This document shows, piece after piece, positions 55,501 to 64,000 of a stretch of 64,000 nt of DNA. The stretch is from positions 272 through 64,271 of the forward strand of contig CAZUQW010000009.1 of NCBI GenBank assembly GCA_964622575.1. The letters run 5' to 3'. Positions within the stretch are counted from its first letter, which is position 1; every line of letters begins with the position of its first letter. Source of the DNA: an uncultured Synergistaceae bacterium (GTDB taxonomy: Bacteria; Synergistota; Synergistia; Synergistales; Dethiosulfovibrionaceae). Made by a program: the position numbers and the translations under genes. The notes beneath the pieces are model-generated. The model did no database searches and had not been told where the DNA came from. It saw only the letters and a program-made list of their open reading frames with translations.

Positions 55501-56712
55501 GTGGAAAAAATCAAAGGTGAGATTATCTCTGCAATCGACGCTGCATCCGATGATCTGAAAAAACTGGCGTTGGACATTCATGACAACCCGGAGCTGGGCT
55601 GGCATGAATTCAAAGCTGTGGAATTTATCAGGGCATTTCTTGAAAAATACGGCTTTACCGTTCAGTCGAATTATAAGAACATTCCTACGTCGTTCCGAGC
55701 GGATTTCGAGGGACGGTCGGGGCGGCCTCGCGTGGCTTTTCTCGCGGAGTACGACGCGCTCAACGGCTGTGGCCACGGTTGTGGTCACAATTTGATCGCG
55801 GCGTGTTCTGCGGGCGCTTTTCTTGGCCTTGCGTCGGTGATAAAAGGACTTCAGGGCAGCGTCTGCCTTATCGGCACGCCGGCTGAAGAGGGCGGTTCCG
55901 GCAAGGTGAAGCTGTTGGACCGCGGCGCCTTCGATGACGTGGATTTCGCGCTGATGATGCACCCCTCTTCCGGCGGGGAAAGTGCCAACATTGTCGGTCG
56001 CGGCGGGCGGGCTGCCGCCGGCATGACGGTGGAATTTCACGGAAAGGCGACTCATTCGTCGGTGCCGAAAAACGGCATCAACGCGCTAAGTGCCTTGATT
56101 CATCTTTTTAACCAGATCGATCTGATGCGGCCGACCTTTGACCCGCAGGACAACATCAATGGCATTATTACCTGCGGCGGCACAGCGGCCAATATTATTC
56201 CCGATTATGCCAGTGCGTCTTTCTGTCTCCGCTCCGAAAGGATGAGCCGCGTTAACGAGCTGATGGAGCTTGTTGAAAGCTGTGCCGCCAACTCGGAGAA
56301 ACTCACTGGCGCCAAGGCCACGGTAAGCCGCGACGATGTCTCCGCCGAGCGCTATCCCAACAAGCCGATGAATCAGGCGTTTAAGGACAATATGGAGCTG
56401 TTGGGCATCAAGATGAACTGGCCCGACCCGAAGAAACAATACGGCTCTTCGGACATCGGCAACGTTTCCATAAAAATCCCCATTATTCATGACTACCTTT
56501 CGATTACCGACGACCCAATGCTTCAGGCTCACTCCAAGGAATTTGCGGCGGCGGCAGGAACTCCCGAGGCGCTCGAAGTCTGTCTCAAAGGCGCCCAAGG
56601 TCTGGCCATGACGGGCTGTGACATTTTGCTGCGTCCTGAGTTTCAGCATGAAATTGTCGAATACCACAGAGCGCAGATTCCTGAATTTTATAAAAAAGGT
56701 GAGGATGCCTGA
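55501..56712 (+). CDS. M20 peptidase/amidohydrolase (AbgB/ACY1L2-like)
   Basis: HDNPELG, AEYDAL, HGCGHNLI, GTPAEEGG, MMHP, GSSDIGNVS, HS; GTG start. Confidence 0.88.
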   Translation: MEKIKGEIISAIDAASDDLKKLALDIHDNPELGWHEFKAVEFIRAFLEKYGFTVQSNYKNIPTSFRADFEGRSGRPRVAFLAEYDALNGCGHGCGHNLIAACSAGAFLGLASVIKGLQGSVCLIGTPAEEGGSGKVKLLDRGAFDDVDFALMMHPSSGGESANIVGRGGRAAAGMTVEFHGKATHSSVPKNGINALSALIHLFNQIDLMRPTFDPQDNINGIITCGGTAANIIPDYASASFCLRSERMSRVNELMELVESCAANSEKLTGAKATVSRDDVSAERYPNKPMNQAFKDNMELLGIKMNWPDPKKQYGSSDIGNVSIKIPIIHDYLSITDDPMLQAHSKEFAAAAGTPEALEVCLKGAQGLAMTGCDILLRPEFQHEIVEYHRAQIPEFYKKGEDA

Positions 56713-57977
56713 TGTACCACGTGAGCGAAAAAAAGAAAGCTCTGTTCCAGCGGTTGCTGTCGCTGGAACAGGTCGGACGTCTGTTGAAATTTATCGAGGA
56801 TGACCAGCGCCGCTCCATTGAAGAGCAAAAGGAACTGACGCTCATTGAAGCGCCGACGGGGCACGAAGACCGGCGCGCCCAAGTCTTTGCCGACAAGCTG
56901 CGTGCTCTGGGGCTGGAAAACGTCCACCGCGATCGGGGTGGCAACGTGGTTGCGCTGCGTCGCGGCAGCGGCAGAGGTCCCAAGGTGCTTATAGAAGGCC
57001 ATTTGGACACGGTTTTTCCCTTCGGGACGGTGAAATCGGTAGAGGAGCGCGACGGATTTCTCTACGCGCCGGGCATCGGCGACGACACCCGCGCTCTGGC
57101 CATGCTGCTTTCTCTCGTACGGGGACTTGCGGCCTGCGGAGTGGAAACCGAGGGCGATGTCCTCTTTGTGGGAACCACCCGTGAGGAAGGCATGGGCGGA
57201 CTGGGCGGCATGAAAGATTTTCTCGAGGACAACGGCGACATTGATATCTCTTTGAGCGTCGACAACAATGACATGAGCGCCATTGTCTATCAGGCGACGG
57301 TGAGCGGAACCTGGGAATTTACCTTTCACGGCAAGGGCGGGCACGCCTACGGCGCCTTCGGCGAGCTGGCGCAGCCCCTTCACGCGGCGGCGCGGGTCGT
57401 GGCGGAAATTGCCGATTTCCAGGTGCCGACTCAGCCCAAAACCACGTTTTGCGTCTCCAACTTTCACGGCGGCAGCGACGCCGGCGTTCATGCCATTGCG
57501 GCGGAGGCGTCAATCAAGGTGAACCTTCGGTCCAACAGCGCAGAAGAGTTCGCCCAACTGAAGAAAAAGGTCTTCGACGCCGTGCAAAGAGGCGCCGCCA
57601 CCGAAACGGCGCGTTGGGGAAAGAACGAGATCACTGTCACGTCGCGGCAGCTCTGCGACATTCCCGGCGGCAGCCAGGACCCTCACATGCCGCTGGTGGA
57701 GGGAGCATGGATGGCGCTGGACTTCCTCGGCGTGGAGCCTTCTCTGGCCGAAGGCGGCAGCACGAACGCCAACAGAGCCATCGGAAAGGGAATTCCCGCG
57801 CTGTGTTTGGGACGGGCATACGCGCCCGACGAGAACTCCCGCAAAATCCACAATCACAGCCTCGACGAGAAGTACCCGGTGAAGGGTGCCTTCAAAGCTG
57901 TGCAGCTCGCGGCACTGATGCTGCTCATGGCTGCCGGCGTTAAAGGCGAAACCGGCTCCATCATGGATGAGGGCTGA
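56712..57977 (+). CDS. M20/M25/M40 metallopeptidase (peptidase T/ArgE-like)
   Basis: EGHLDTVF, APGIGDD, TREEG, GGHAYG, GSTNAN, NHSLDE. Confidence 0.88.
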   Translation: MYHVSEKKKALFQRLLSLEQVGRLLKFIEDDQRRSIEEQKELTLIEAPTGHEDRRAQVFADKLRALGLENVHRDRGGNVVALRRGSGRGPKVLIEGHLDTVFPFGTVKSVEERDGFLYAPGIGDDTRALAMLLSLVRGLAACGVETEGDVLFVGTTREEGMGGLGGMKDFLEDNGDIDISLSVDNNDMSAIVYQATVSGTWEFTFHGKGGHAYGAFGELAQPLHAAARVVAEIADFQVPTQPKTTFCVSNFHGGSDAGVHAIAAEASIKVNLRSNSAEEFAQLKKKVFDAVQRGAATETARWGKNEITVTSRQLCDIPGGSQDPHMPLVEGAWMALDFLGVEPSLAEGGSTNANRAIGKGIPALCLGRAYAPDENSRKIHNHSLDEKYPVKGAFKAVQLAALMLLMAAGVKGETGSIMDEG

Positions 57978-57982
57978 CGGCC

Positions 57983-59278
57983 ATGGGGACCACTTTTATC
58001 GCCACAGGCGATACTTTTATCACCCGTCGGATTCCCCAGGGGGGATATGACGGCTGCGCCGCCCTTTCTGAGCTGATCAAGCGCCATGACCTGCGTTTTA
58101 CCAATCTGGAAATGACGTTTCACCGAAGGGAAGGCGTTCCAGCTGCCGTCAGCGGCGGTACGTGGGCCATGGCCGATCCTGTCCTGTTGGACGACCTGTG
58201 CCGCATGGGCTTCAACATTTTCAACACTGCCAACAACCACTCCTGTGATTACAGCCATGGCGGCCTTCTGGCCACCATCAAACATCTGAACGAACGGGAC
58301 ATGATCTTCTCGGGAACGGGAAAGGACTTGGGCGACGCCTCGAAAGCCTGCTATTTTGAAGCCCCCAATTCCCGCGTGGCGCTGATCGGAGCGTGTGCCA
58401 CCTTCGCCCCGTCGGCTGCAGCCGGCGCGCAGTCTGCCCATATTGTCGGACGTCCCGGAATCAATCCCCTGCGCTTTGTCAGATATTATCATCTGGACCG
58501 GGCACATTTCGAAATGGTGCAGGAGCTCATCAGAGTTTCAAAGATCAATGCCGAAGAGGAGTACGTTATCAAAACGGGCTATAAAAATCCGCCACAGGCG
58601 GGAACGCTGCCGCTGGGCAAGGGCCCTCTTTTTGTCCTCGATGACAGAAATTGGATCGAGAGCTTTCCCGACGAGCGCGACATGAAGCGCATCACCGCCG
58701 AAATCTCCGAGGCAAAAAAGCAGGCCGACACGGTGATGGTCAGCATTCATGCCCATGAATACGACGGTGACGACATCAACGTCCCCGCGCAGTTCATCGA
58801 GAAGTTCGCCCGAGGCTGCATCGACGCCGGCGCCAGTGTGGTTATCGGACACGGCCCCCATCTGATTCGCGGCATTGAGCTGTACAAAGGCGGCGTAATT
58901 TTTTACAGCTTGGGAAATTTTATTTTTGAAACGGAAACCGTGGAGTTCCAGCCGTGGGACGCCTGCTTCAACAAAGGCCTGCCGCCCGACACCGGCGTAG
59001 GGGCCTACATGGACAATCGAAGCAAAAACGGCACCGTAGGCTATGGGACGTTGCCCGAAATCTGGGAAGCTTTTATGGCGTCGTGGGAAATCGACGACGG
59101 CGCCTTGAAAAACATTGAGATTTATCCGCTGTCGCTGGGCATGGGAAGCCCTCGTTCCCACAAAGGCGTGCCAGTGCTGAGTCATGACGAAAAACTACTG
59201 CGCCGCCTTGCTCGTTTGAGCGAACCCTACGGCACCGAACTGGTGATTGAAAACGGCAGAGCGTCCGTGAGAATTTGA
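57983..59278 (+). CDS. CapA-family protein, cytoplasmic, copy 2
   Basis: TGD, TNLE, ANNHSCD, SIHAHE, GHGPH, FYSLGNF; colinear with 47046-48347. Confidence 0.87.
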   Translation: MGTTFIATGDTFITRRIPQGGYDGCAALSELIKRHDLRFTNLEMTFHRREGVPAAVSGGTWAMADPVLLDDLCRMGFNIFNTANNHSCDYSHGGLLATIKHLNERDMIFSGTGKDLGDASKACYFEAPNSRVALIGACATFAPSAAAGAQSAHIVGRPGINPLRFVRYYHLDRAHFEMVQELIRVSKINAEEEYVIKTGYKNPPQAGTLPLGKGPLFVLDDRNWIESFPDERDMKRITAEISEAKKQADTVMVSIHAHEYDGDDINVPAQFIEKFARGCIDAGASVVIGHGPHLIRGIELYKGGVIFYSLGNFIFETETVEFQPWDACFNKGLPPDTGVGAYMDNRSKNGTVGYGTLPEIWEAFMASWEIDDGALKNIEIYPLSLGMGSPRSHKGVPVLSHDEKLLRRLARLSEPYGTELVIENGRASVRI

Positions 59279-59341
59279 GACGGCCGAAAAGCGCATGATT
59301 GCGCCCATTGGAGCGGCGCGAGATCGGACAAAGGAGAGAAC

Positions 59342-60745
59342 GTGATGAACTGCACAGAAAGGCTGAAGCGGCGCTTTGAAAGCGGCGCCGCCGCGCTGAA
59401 AGACTACCTTGAAAAGATCATGGCGACCCACGACGCGCGCGGCATGGCCGTGGCCGTCATTGACGCCCACGACACGGTTTTGCAGGATTTTTTGGGCCTG
59501 CGGGACGCCGAGCGCGGCCTTCCCATCGACGAAAACACGCTGTTTGGCCTGGCGTCGGTGACAAAATCCTTTACGGCGCTCAGCGTCATGCAGCTGGTGG
59601 AGCGGGGAGCCGTTGACCTCTGCGCGCCGCTGGCCGACTCCATTCCCGAGTTTCACAATCTCCATCAAAAAACAGTGACGGCGGCGCACTTTCTGAGCCA
59701 CACGGGAGGCTATTACCCGCGGCCGCGGGCGCTGCTTTCCGATCTTCTGAAAAAGCTGTCCATCGACGCTTCCAAGGAAGAAGTGGCCTACGACGACCGC
59801 GTGGCTCAGGCCGCCGTGGAAGAAGTGGCTTCAGGGCTTGACGCCGACGAGCCGCGACTTGCGGCGCCCGGTCGCATGATGAGCTACTGCAACGACGGCT
59901 ACGGCTTGTTGTCCGACTTGATCCGCCGCAAGGGCGGCGAAGGAAGCTATGCCGCCTGGGTGGACAAACACATCCTCGAACCACTGGGCATGAAGCGGAG
60001 CACCTGCCGATTTCTTGCCCCGTCGCAGGACGCCAACGCGGCAAAGCTTTACACCGACCACAGCGCCGACTGGGACTACACCCGTGAGGCCTTTGTGCTC
60101 AACGGTGGCGGCGCCATGAAATCCACACTGGCCGACATGAAAAAGTATCTGCGAATGTACCTCAACCGCGGTGCCTTTGAGGGCGGACGGCTTGTTTCCG
60201 CCGAAAGCGTCGCCATGATGGTTCAGCCGCGCGTTGCCACAAAATTCGGCACAACCTACGGTTTCGGCCTGATGACCACGCAGATGGGGGATCTCACCGT
60301 TCACCGCCACGGCGGAAGTTTGCCCGGCGTGTCGTCCCACATCGCCTGGTCGCCCGAACTGGGCGCCGCGGCCATTGTGCTCTGTAACACCGAAAACGTT
60401 CCCGTTGGCATTGCTGCCGACGCTCTGCTGCGCGTCGCCGCCGGATGGCCTGTCGAGGCTGAGGATCGCTGGATCGACGAGCCGTGGGACGACGACGTGA
60501 TCCGTCGCGCCTGCGGTACCTATCGTTCTGGCGAGGGCGCCTGCTTGATCATCGGCCGCAAGGGCAAGGGAATTTCCGTGCTTGACGGCGGCAAAAAAGT
60601 TTCGTGCCGCACAGTGCGCGGCGCCAGAGCGCTTTTGACTCGCGGCATGGCCGTGTCGGAAGTTCATCTGCTTTTCGACGGAGATGGAGAAGTCTACGCC
60701 GTGCGGCTCAACGACCGCGTGATCCCCCGCATTCAGGAGCGATAG
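59342..60745 (+). CDS. Class C beta-lactamase/AmiE/D-aminopeptidase-like serine hydrolase, cytoplasmic
   Basis: LASVTKSF (SxxK), SYCNDGY (YxN), HGGSLPG; no signal peptide. Confidence 0.87.
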   Translation: MMNCTERLKRRFESGAAALKDYLEKIMATHDARGMAVAVIDAHDTVLQDFLGLRDAERGLPIDENTLFGLASVTKSFTALSVMQLVERGAVDLCAPLADSIPEFHNLHQKTVTAAHFLSHTGGYYPRPRALLSDLLKKLSIDASKEEVAYDDRVAQAAVEEVASGLDADEPRLAAPGRMMSYCNDGYGLLSDLIRRKGGEGSYAAWVDKHILEPLGMKRSTCRFLAPSQDANAAKLYTDHSADWDYTREAFVLNGGGAMKSTLADMKKYLRMYLNRGAFEGGRLVSAESVAMMVQPRVATKFGTTYGFGLMTTQMGDLTVHRHGGSLPGVSSHIAWSPELGAAAIVLCNTENVPVGIAADALLRVAAGWPVEAEDRWIDEPWDDDVIRRACGTYRSGEGACLIIGRKGKGISVLDGGKKVSCRTVRGARALLTRGMAVSEVHLLFDGDGEVYAVRLNDRVIPRIQER

Positions 60746-60750
60746 AACGC

Positions 60751-60794
60751 AAAAAAAGGGCAGGAACCGGAAAACTTCCGGTTCCTGCCCTTTT
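60751..60794. terminator. Bidirectional terminator
   Basis: aaaagggcaggaaccggaa-aac-ttccggttcctgccctttt. Confidence 0.8.
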
Positions 60795-60844
60795 GCGTTC
60801 TGAAATTCTTGCGGCATGATTTGTGCGCCGCAGCGAGGTTCTTT

Positions 60845-62032
60845 TTAGCAGTTGTCCAGTCCCTCTGCCAGGTTGTCGTACACTTCGCCGTCGATAATGG
60901 TTTTTTCGCACAGCGTGAAGTTGCAGAAAGGATTGCCGCTCCACACGGCGAGGTCGGCGTCTTTGCCGGTTTCGATGCTGCCCATGCGGCGGTCGAGGCC
61001 CAGCAGACGGGCGGGACGGATGGTCACCGCTTCGAGGGCCGTTTTTTCGCTGAGGCCGCGGGCGATGCACATTCCGATGTAGGTCGGCAGATATTTTGTC
61101 GCCGATGAGGTGTCCTGCATCAGGCTGAAGTTGATTCCTGCGGCTTCCATCTTTGCCGGCGTGGTCAGGCGCGTTCCCCAGATTTCCATTTTCCGCGGCT
61201 CCATGGTCAGCGGTCCCACCACGCAGTCCACGTGGTGTTCTTTGAGGAAATCCAAAATCTTGTAGCCCTCGGTGCAGTGTTCGATGGAATAGTTCAGGTG
61301 GAACTCTTCGGCGATGCGCACTGCCGTGACGATGTCGTCGGCGCGGTGGGCGTGGAAGCGACATTTTCTCTCTCCCCGCACCACGGGCACCAGCTCTTGA
61401 AGTTTGAAGTTTCTCTTGGGCTTCTTCGACGGGTCCTTTTCGGCTTCGCGTAGCTCTTCGGAATAATCGAGAGCTTCGTAGAGCAGTTTTCTCAGCGTCG
61501 CCGCCACGCCCATGCGGGTCATGGGCATTTTGTGCTGCTCAAGGCCGTAGACGCGCTTGGGGTTCTCTCCCATGGCGAATTTCATGTGTTCCGATCCGGC
61601 GATGGCGATGTCGAAAACGGTCGACCCCTGCTTCGTCTTGAAGCTGATGCCGATGCCGCCGCAGACGTTGGCCGATCCGGGGCCGGTGTAGCAGGTGGTG
61701 AAGCCCGCACGTCGCGCCGCGCCAATGGCCATGTCGAAGGGGTTCAGCGCGTCGATGCCGCGGACCTGCGGAGTGGTGGGATCGGTCTTTTCGTTGCCGT
61801 CGACGATCATGGGCAGAGTTTGAGGCTCGTTGAACGTGGAAATGTGGGTGTGGGCGTCGATAAACCCGGGAGTCAGCCATTTGCCCTCAAGATTGAGTGT
61901 CTCGCAGCCCGCCGGTGCGGCGAGGTCGACGCCGACGGAATGGATTTTTCCTCCATCCACCAGCACAGAAGCTCTCTCAAAGGTCTTTCCCGTCACGGTC
62001 AGCACTTTTGCGTTTTGCAGCAGCAGCATCAA
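60845..62032 (-). CDS. Metal-dependent amidohydrolase (Amidohydro_1)
   Basis: PGFIDAHTH, KFAMGENPKR, FHAHRADD, IEHC, GSIETGKDADL. Confidence 0.9.
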   Translation of the reverse strand: MMLLLQNAKVLTVTGKTFERASVLVDGGKIHSVGVDLAAPAGCETLNLEGKWLTPGFIDAHTHISTFNEPQTLPMIVDGNEKTDPTTPQVRGIDALNPFDMAIGAARRAGFTTCYTGPGSANVCGGIGISFKTKQGSTVFDIAIAGSEHMKFAMGENPKRVYGLEQHKMPMTRMGVAATLRKLLYEALDYSEELREAEKDPSKKPKRNFKLQELVPVVRGERKCRFHAHRADDIVTAVRIAEEFHLNYSIEHCTEGYKILDFLKEHHVDCVVGPLTMEPRKMEIWGTRLTTPAKMEAAGINFSLMQDTSSATKYLPTYIGMCIARGLSEKTALEAVTIRPARLLGLDRRMGSIETGKDADLAVWSGNPFCNFTLCEKTIIDGEVYDNLAEGLDNC

Positions 62033-62428
62033 AGCATCTCCTCTCGATGATTGCAGATTGTTCTATTCTAACAGATTTTCGAGACGAAAGGCGCGGCCAG
62101 ACCGATAGCGACTCTTTGCCTTTACGTTTTGGTCGGATAAATTGCCTTTCAAAGGCCGTGTAGCACGACCGTTCGTCTCGAAGGAAACGCTTCTTCGAGC
62201 GGACGGAGAAGAACGCGCTTAGACGGTTTTGATGAATACAAAAAAACGCGCACACGGTGCGAAGTCCTGTGGCGCGGCGGGCGAATTCAGTTTCTGACAC
62301 GTGCCGGCGCGCGGCTCAAAAAAACTTTGAAATCTTTCGTTTTTCTGTGTTGACAAAAGCATTCATTTTAGTATAGTTATCTTAGTATGTCATTTATAAG
62401 ACGATGTGTCCCACTTTTGGAGGTGCGG

Positions 62429-63172
62429 ATGAGCGACGTGCAGATGGAAATCAAAAACGATACGGCGGGTAAAACCGTACTTCTCATGGAGACGCTGGTT
62501 CGCGCCGACGGCGTTTTGAGCGTGCGCGACGCCGCATTGCGATCGGGCATCCCACGCAGCACGGCACATCGCCTGCTGAAGGCGCTGGAACGCGCGGGCT
62601 GGGTGGTGCAGGACGGCGAAACCGGCAGTTTTCGCGTGGGTGTCCGATTCTTCTTGTTGAGCCGGCGTTCTTCATTTTTCAGCGAGCTGGTGCGCTGTGC
62701 CCGACCGGCCATGAGAGCGTTGATGGAGCGGACGGGAAAAACGTCGATCCTCAGCGTCATCGAAGAAGGGCGTGGGCTGTGCATTCACACCGAGCAGCCG
62801 GCCATGGCGGTGAAATTTGTGGCCCACGAGGGCATGGACGTGCCGCTTAACGCCGGAGCCACAGGCCTTGTGCTGTTAGCGTGGTGCAGCGATTCTCTGC
62901 GCCGTCGCGTGCTGGAGACGCGCTTTCCTCGAGGGCTTTCGGGCGACGAGCTGCGTGACCGCATCGACAGGATCAGACGCCAGGGCTATTCCCACTCTCG
63001 CGAGGAGTGGATGGAACATGCGGAGGATTTGAGCGTGCCCGTGTTCGACCGAAACGGGCTTTTTGCGGCGCAGCTGGGAATTGCCGGCCTTGCGGGTGCT
63101 TTCGGCGACTGGAAAAAGGAGCTTCTGCCTGCACTGCGCGAAGCTTCGGCGGAAATCTCTTCGGCTTTGTAA
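62429..63172 (+). CDS. IclR-family transcriptional regulator
   Basis: IPRSTAHRLL, GWVVQD, PLNAGATG, SVPVF; promoter TTGACA-16-TATAGT at 62350-62377. Confidence 0.9.
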   Translation: MSDVQMEIKNDTAGKTVLLMETLVRADGVLSVRDAALRSGIPRSTAHRLLKALERAGWVVQDGETGSFRVGVRFFLLSRRSSFFSELVRCARPAMRALMERTGKTSILSVIEEGRGLCIHTEQPAMAVKFVAHEGMDVPLNAGATGLVLLAWCSDSLRRRVLETRFPRGLSGDELRDRIDRIRRQGYSHSREEWMEHAEDLSVPVFDRNGLFAAQLGIAGLAGAFGDWKKELLPALREASAEISSAL

Positions 63173-63199
63173 AAAAATGCGGAAAGGATGGGATTGCAG

Positions 63200-64000
63200 T
63201 TGAGCGGAACTTTGTTTTTCAACGCGGCGATCACGACGCCGTTGACGCTGAAAAAACCGGCGTCGGGCAAAGATCAGGGTGCCGTGAGGACGTGGGAACA
63301 CGGCGCACTCTGGGCGAACGATGGAGAAATTGCGGCCGTCGGAGCCGAGGACGACGTCAGAAAGGCCATTGACGACGCCGGGTTGACGCCCGACGAGGAA
63401 CGCGACTGCGGTGGCGCGGCGGTGATTCCCGGTTTTGTCGATCCTCACACCCACATCTGCTTTGCGGCGCGACGCGAGAGGGAATTTCTTATGCGCCTTC
63501 AAGGAAAATCCTATCTGGAGATCCTTGCGGCGGGCGGCGGAATTCTGTCGTCGGTGAAGGCCGTGCGGAATGCCTCGGAGGACGAGCTTTTCTCGGAAAG
63601 TTGCGACAACGTGCTTTCCGCGCTGAACACCGGGACGACCACCATGGAGATCAAAAGCGGCTACGGCCTGAACACCGAAGAGGAACTGAAAATGCTGCGG
63701 GTGATCAACCGCCTTGCCGAGGAGACGCCTCTGGACATCGTGCCCACCTTTATGGGCGCTCACGCGGTGCCGACGGAATACCGCGACCGTGCCGACGACT
63801 ATGTGGAGCTTTTGGTGAAGGAAATGCTTCCGGCCGTCAAACAGCAGGGCATCGCGCGCTACTGCGACGTGTTCTGCGAGACCGGCGTGTTCACCGTGCC
63901 GCAGAGCCGCAAAATTCTCGAGGCGGCGCGCGCCCTCGGCTTCGGCCTCAAAATCCACGCCGACGAGGTGGACGACACCCAGGGCGCAGGTCTTGCCGCC
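63200..64000 (+). CDS. hutI: Imidazolonepropionase (partial, runs off the window)
   Basis: GFVDPHTH, YLEILAAGGGILS, GTTTMEIKSGYGL, FMGAHAVP, CDVFCE, KIHADE. Confidence 0.93.
   Translation, partial: MSGTLFFNAAITTPLTLKKPASGKDQGAVRTWEHGALWANDGEIAAVGAEDDVRKAIDDAGLTPDEERDCGGAAVIPGFVDPHTHICFAARREREFLMRLQGKSYLEILAAGGGILSSVKAVRNASEDELFSESCDNVLSALNTGTTTMEIKSGYGLNTEEELKMLRVINRLAEETPLDIVPTFMGAHAVPTEYRDRADDYVELLVKEMLPAVKQQGIARYCDVFCETGVFTVPQSRKILEAARALGFGLKIHADEVDDTQGAGLAA

Noticed and set aside
57952-57960. Possible attR copy of the tRNA-Thr 3' end (cggctcca)
   Set aside because: Only 8 bp, inside a coding region and expected by chance in GC-rich DNA; no convincing attR found in the window.
42922-59278. 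Poly-gamma-glutamate capsule biosynthesis locus (CapA x2 plus GGT as CapD)
   Set aside because: No CapB ligase or CapC in the window, and both CapA proteins lack membrane anchors.
46000-60745. Beta-lactam resistance genes
   Set aside because: Neither serine hydrolase has a signal peptide, and the class A-like one lacks the Glu166 motif.
1-64000. CRISPR array, rRNA, prophage
   Set aside because: No regularly spaced direct repeats, rRNA-like sequence or phage structural genes seen.

Overview
GC-rich bacterial chromosome segment from an anaerobic diderm. A Firmicutes-type ylxM-ffh-rpsP-khpA-rimM-trmD-rplS operon together with a TolC suggests Synergistetes, possibly Pyramidobacter-like; this is inference only. 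From left to right the window holds: an orphan radical SAM/SPASM gene; a C45 peptidase bracketed by a degenerate duplication of the 3' end of the neighbouring Fe-alcohol dehydrogenase; the ribosomal/SRP operon; a LUD-domain gene with a catalytically eroded asparaginase; a Cd/Zn/Co P1B-ATPase locus; LysR, XRE-ImmA and RpiR regulators; a ~16.6 kb cobalamin-riboswitch-controlled anaerobic corrin-ring operon (exported CbiK, ABC transporter, unknown membrane protein, CbiJ-SirC fusion); housekeeping genes; and a tRNA Thr-Tyr-Thr cluster in which both Thr tRNAs have C at position 55. After the tRNAs comes a decayed island with a P4-type integrase relic and three IS481 relics. It is packed with peptide/amide-hydrolysing genes: GGT, DUF819 transporter, dipeptide epimerase, two cytoplasmic CapA-domain proteins each paired with a beta-lactamase-fold serine hydrolase, an amidase, three M20 peptidases, a transporter and an amidohydrolase. 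The window ends in hutI. The best candidate for an undescribed system is this capsule-independent CapA + serine hydrolase catabolic module, which occurs twice. Start codons were re-picked by eye from RBS evidence. No computation or database search was run.
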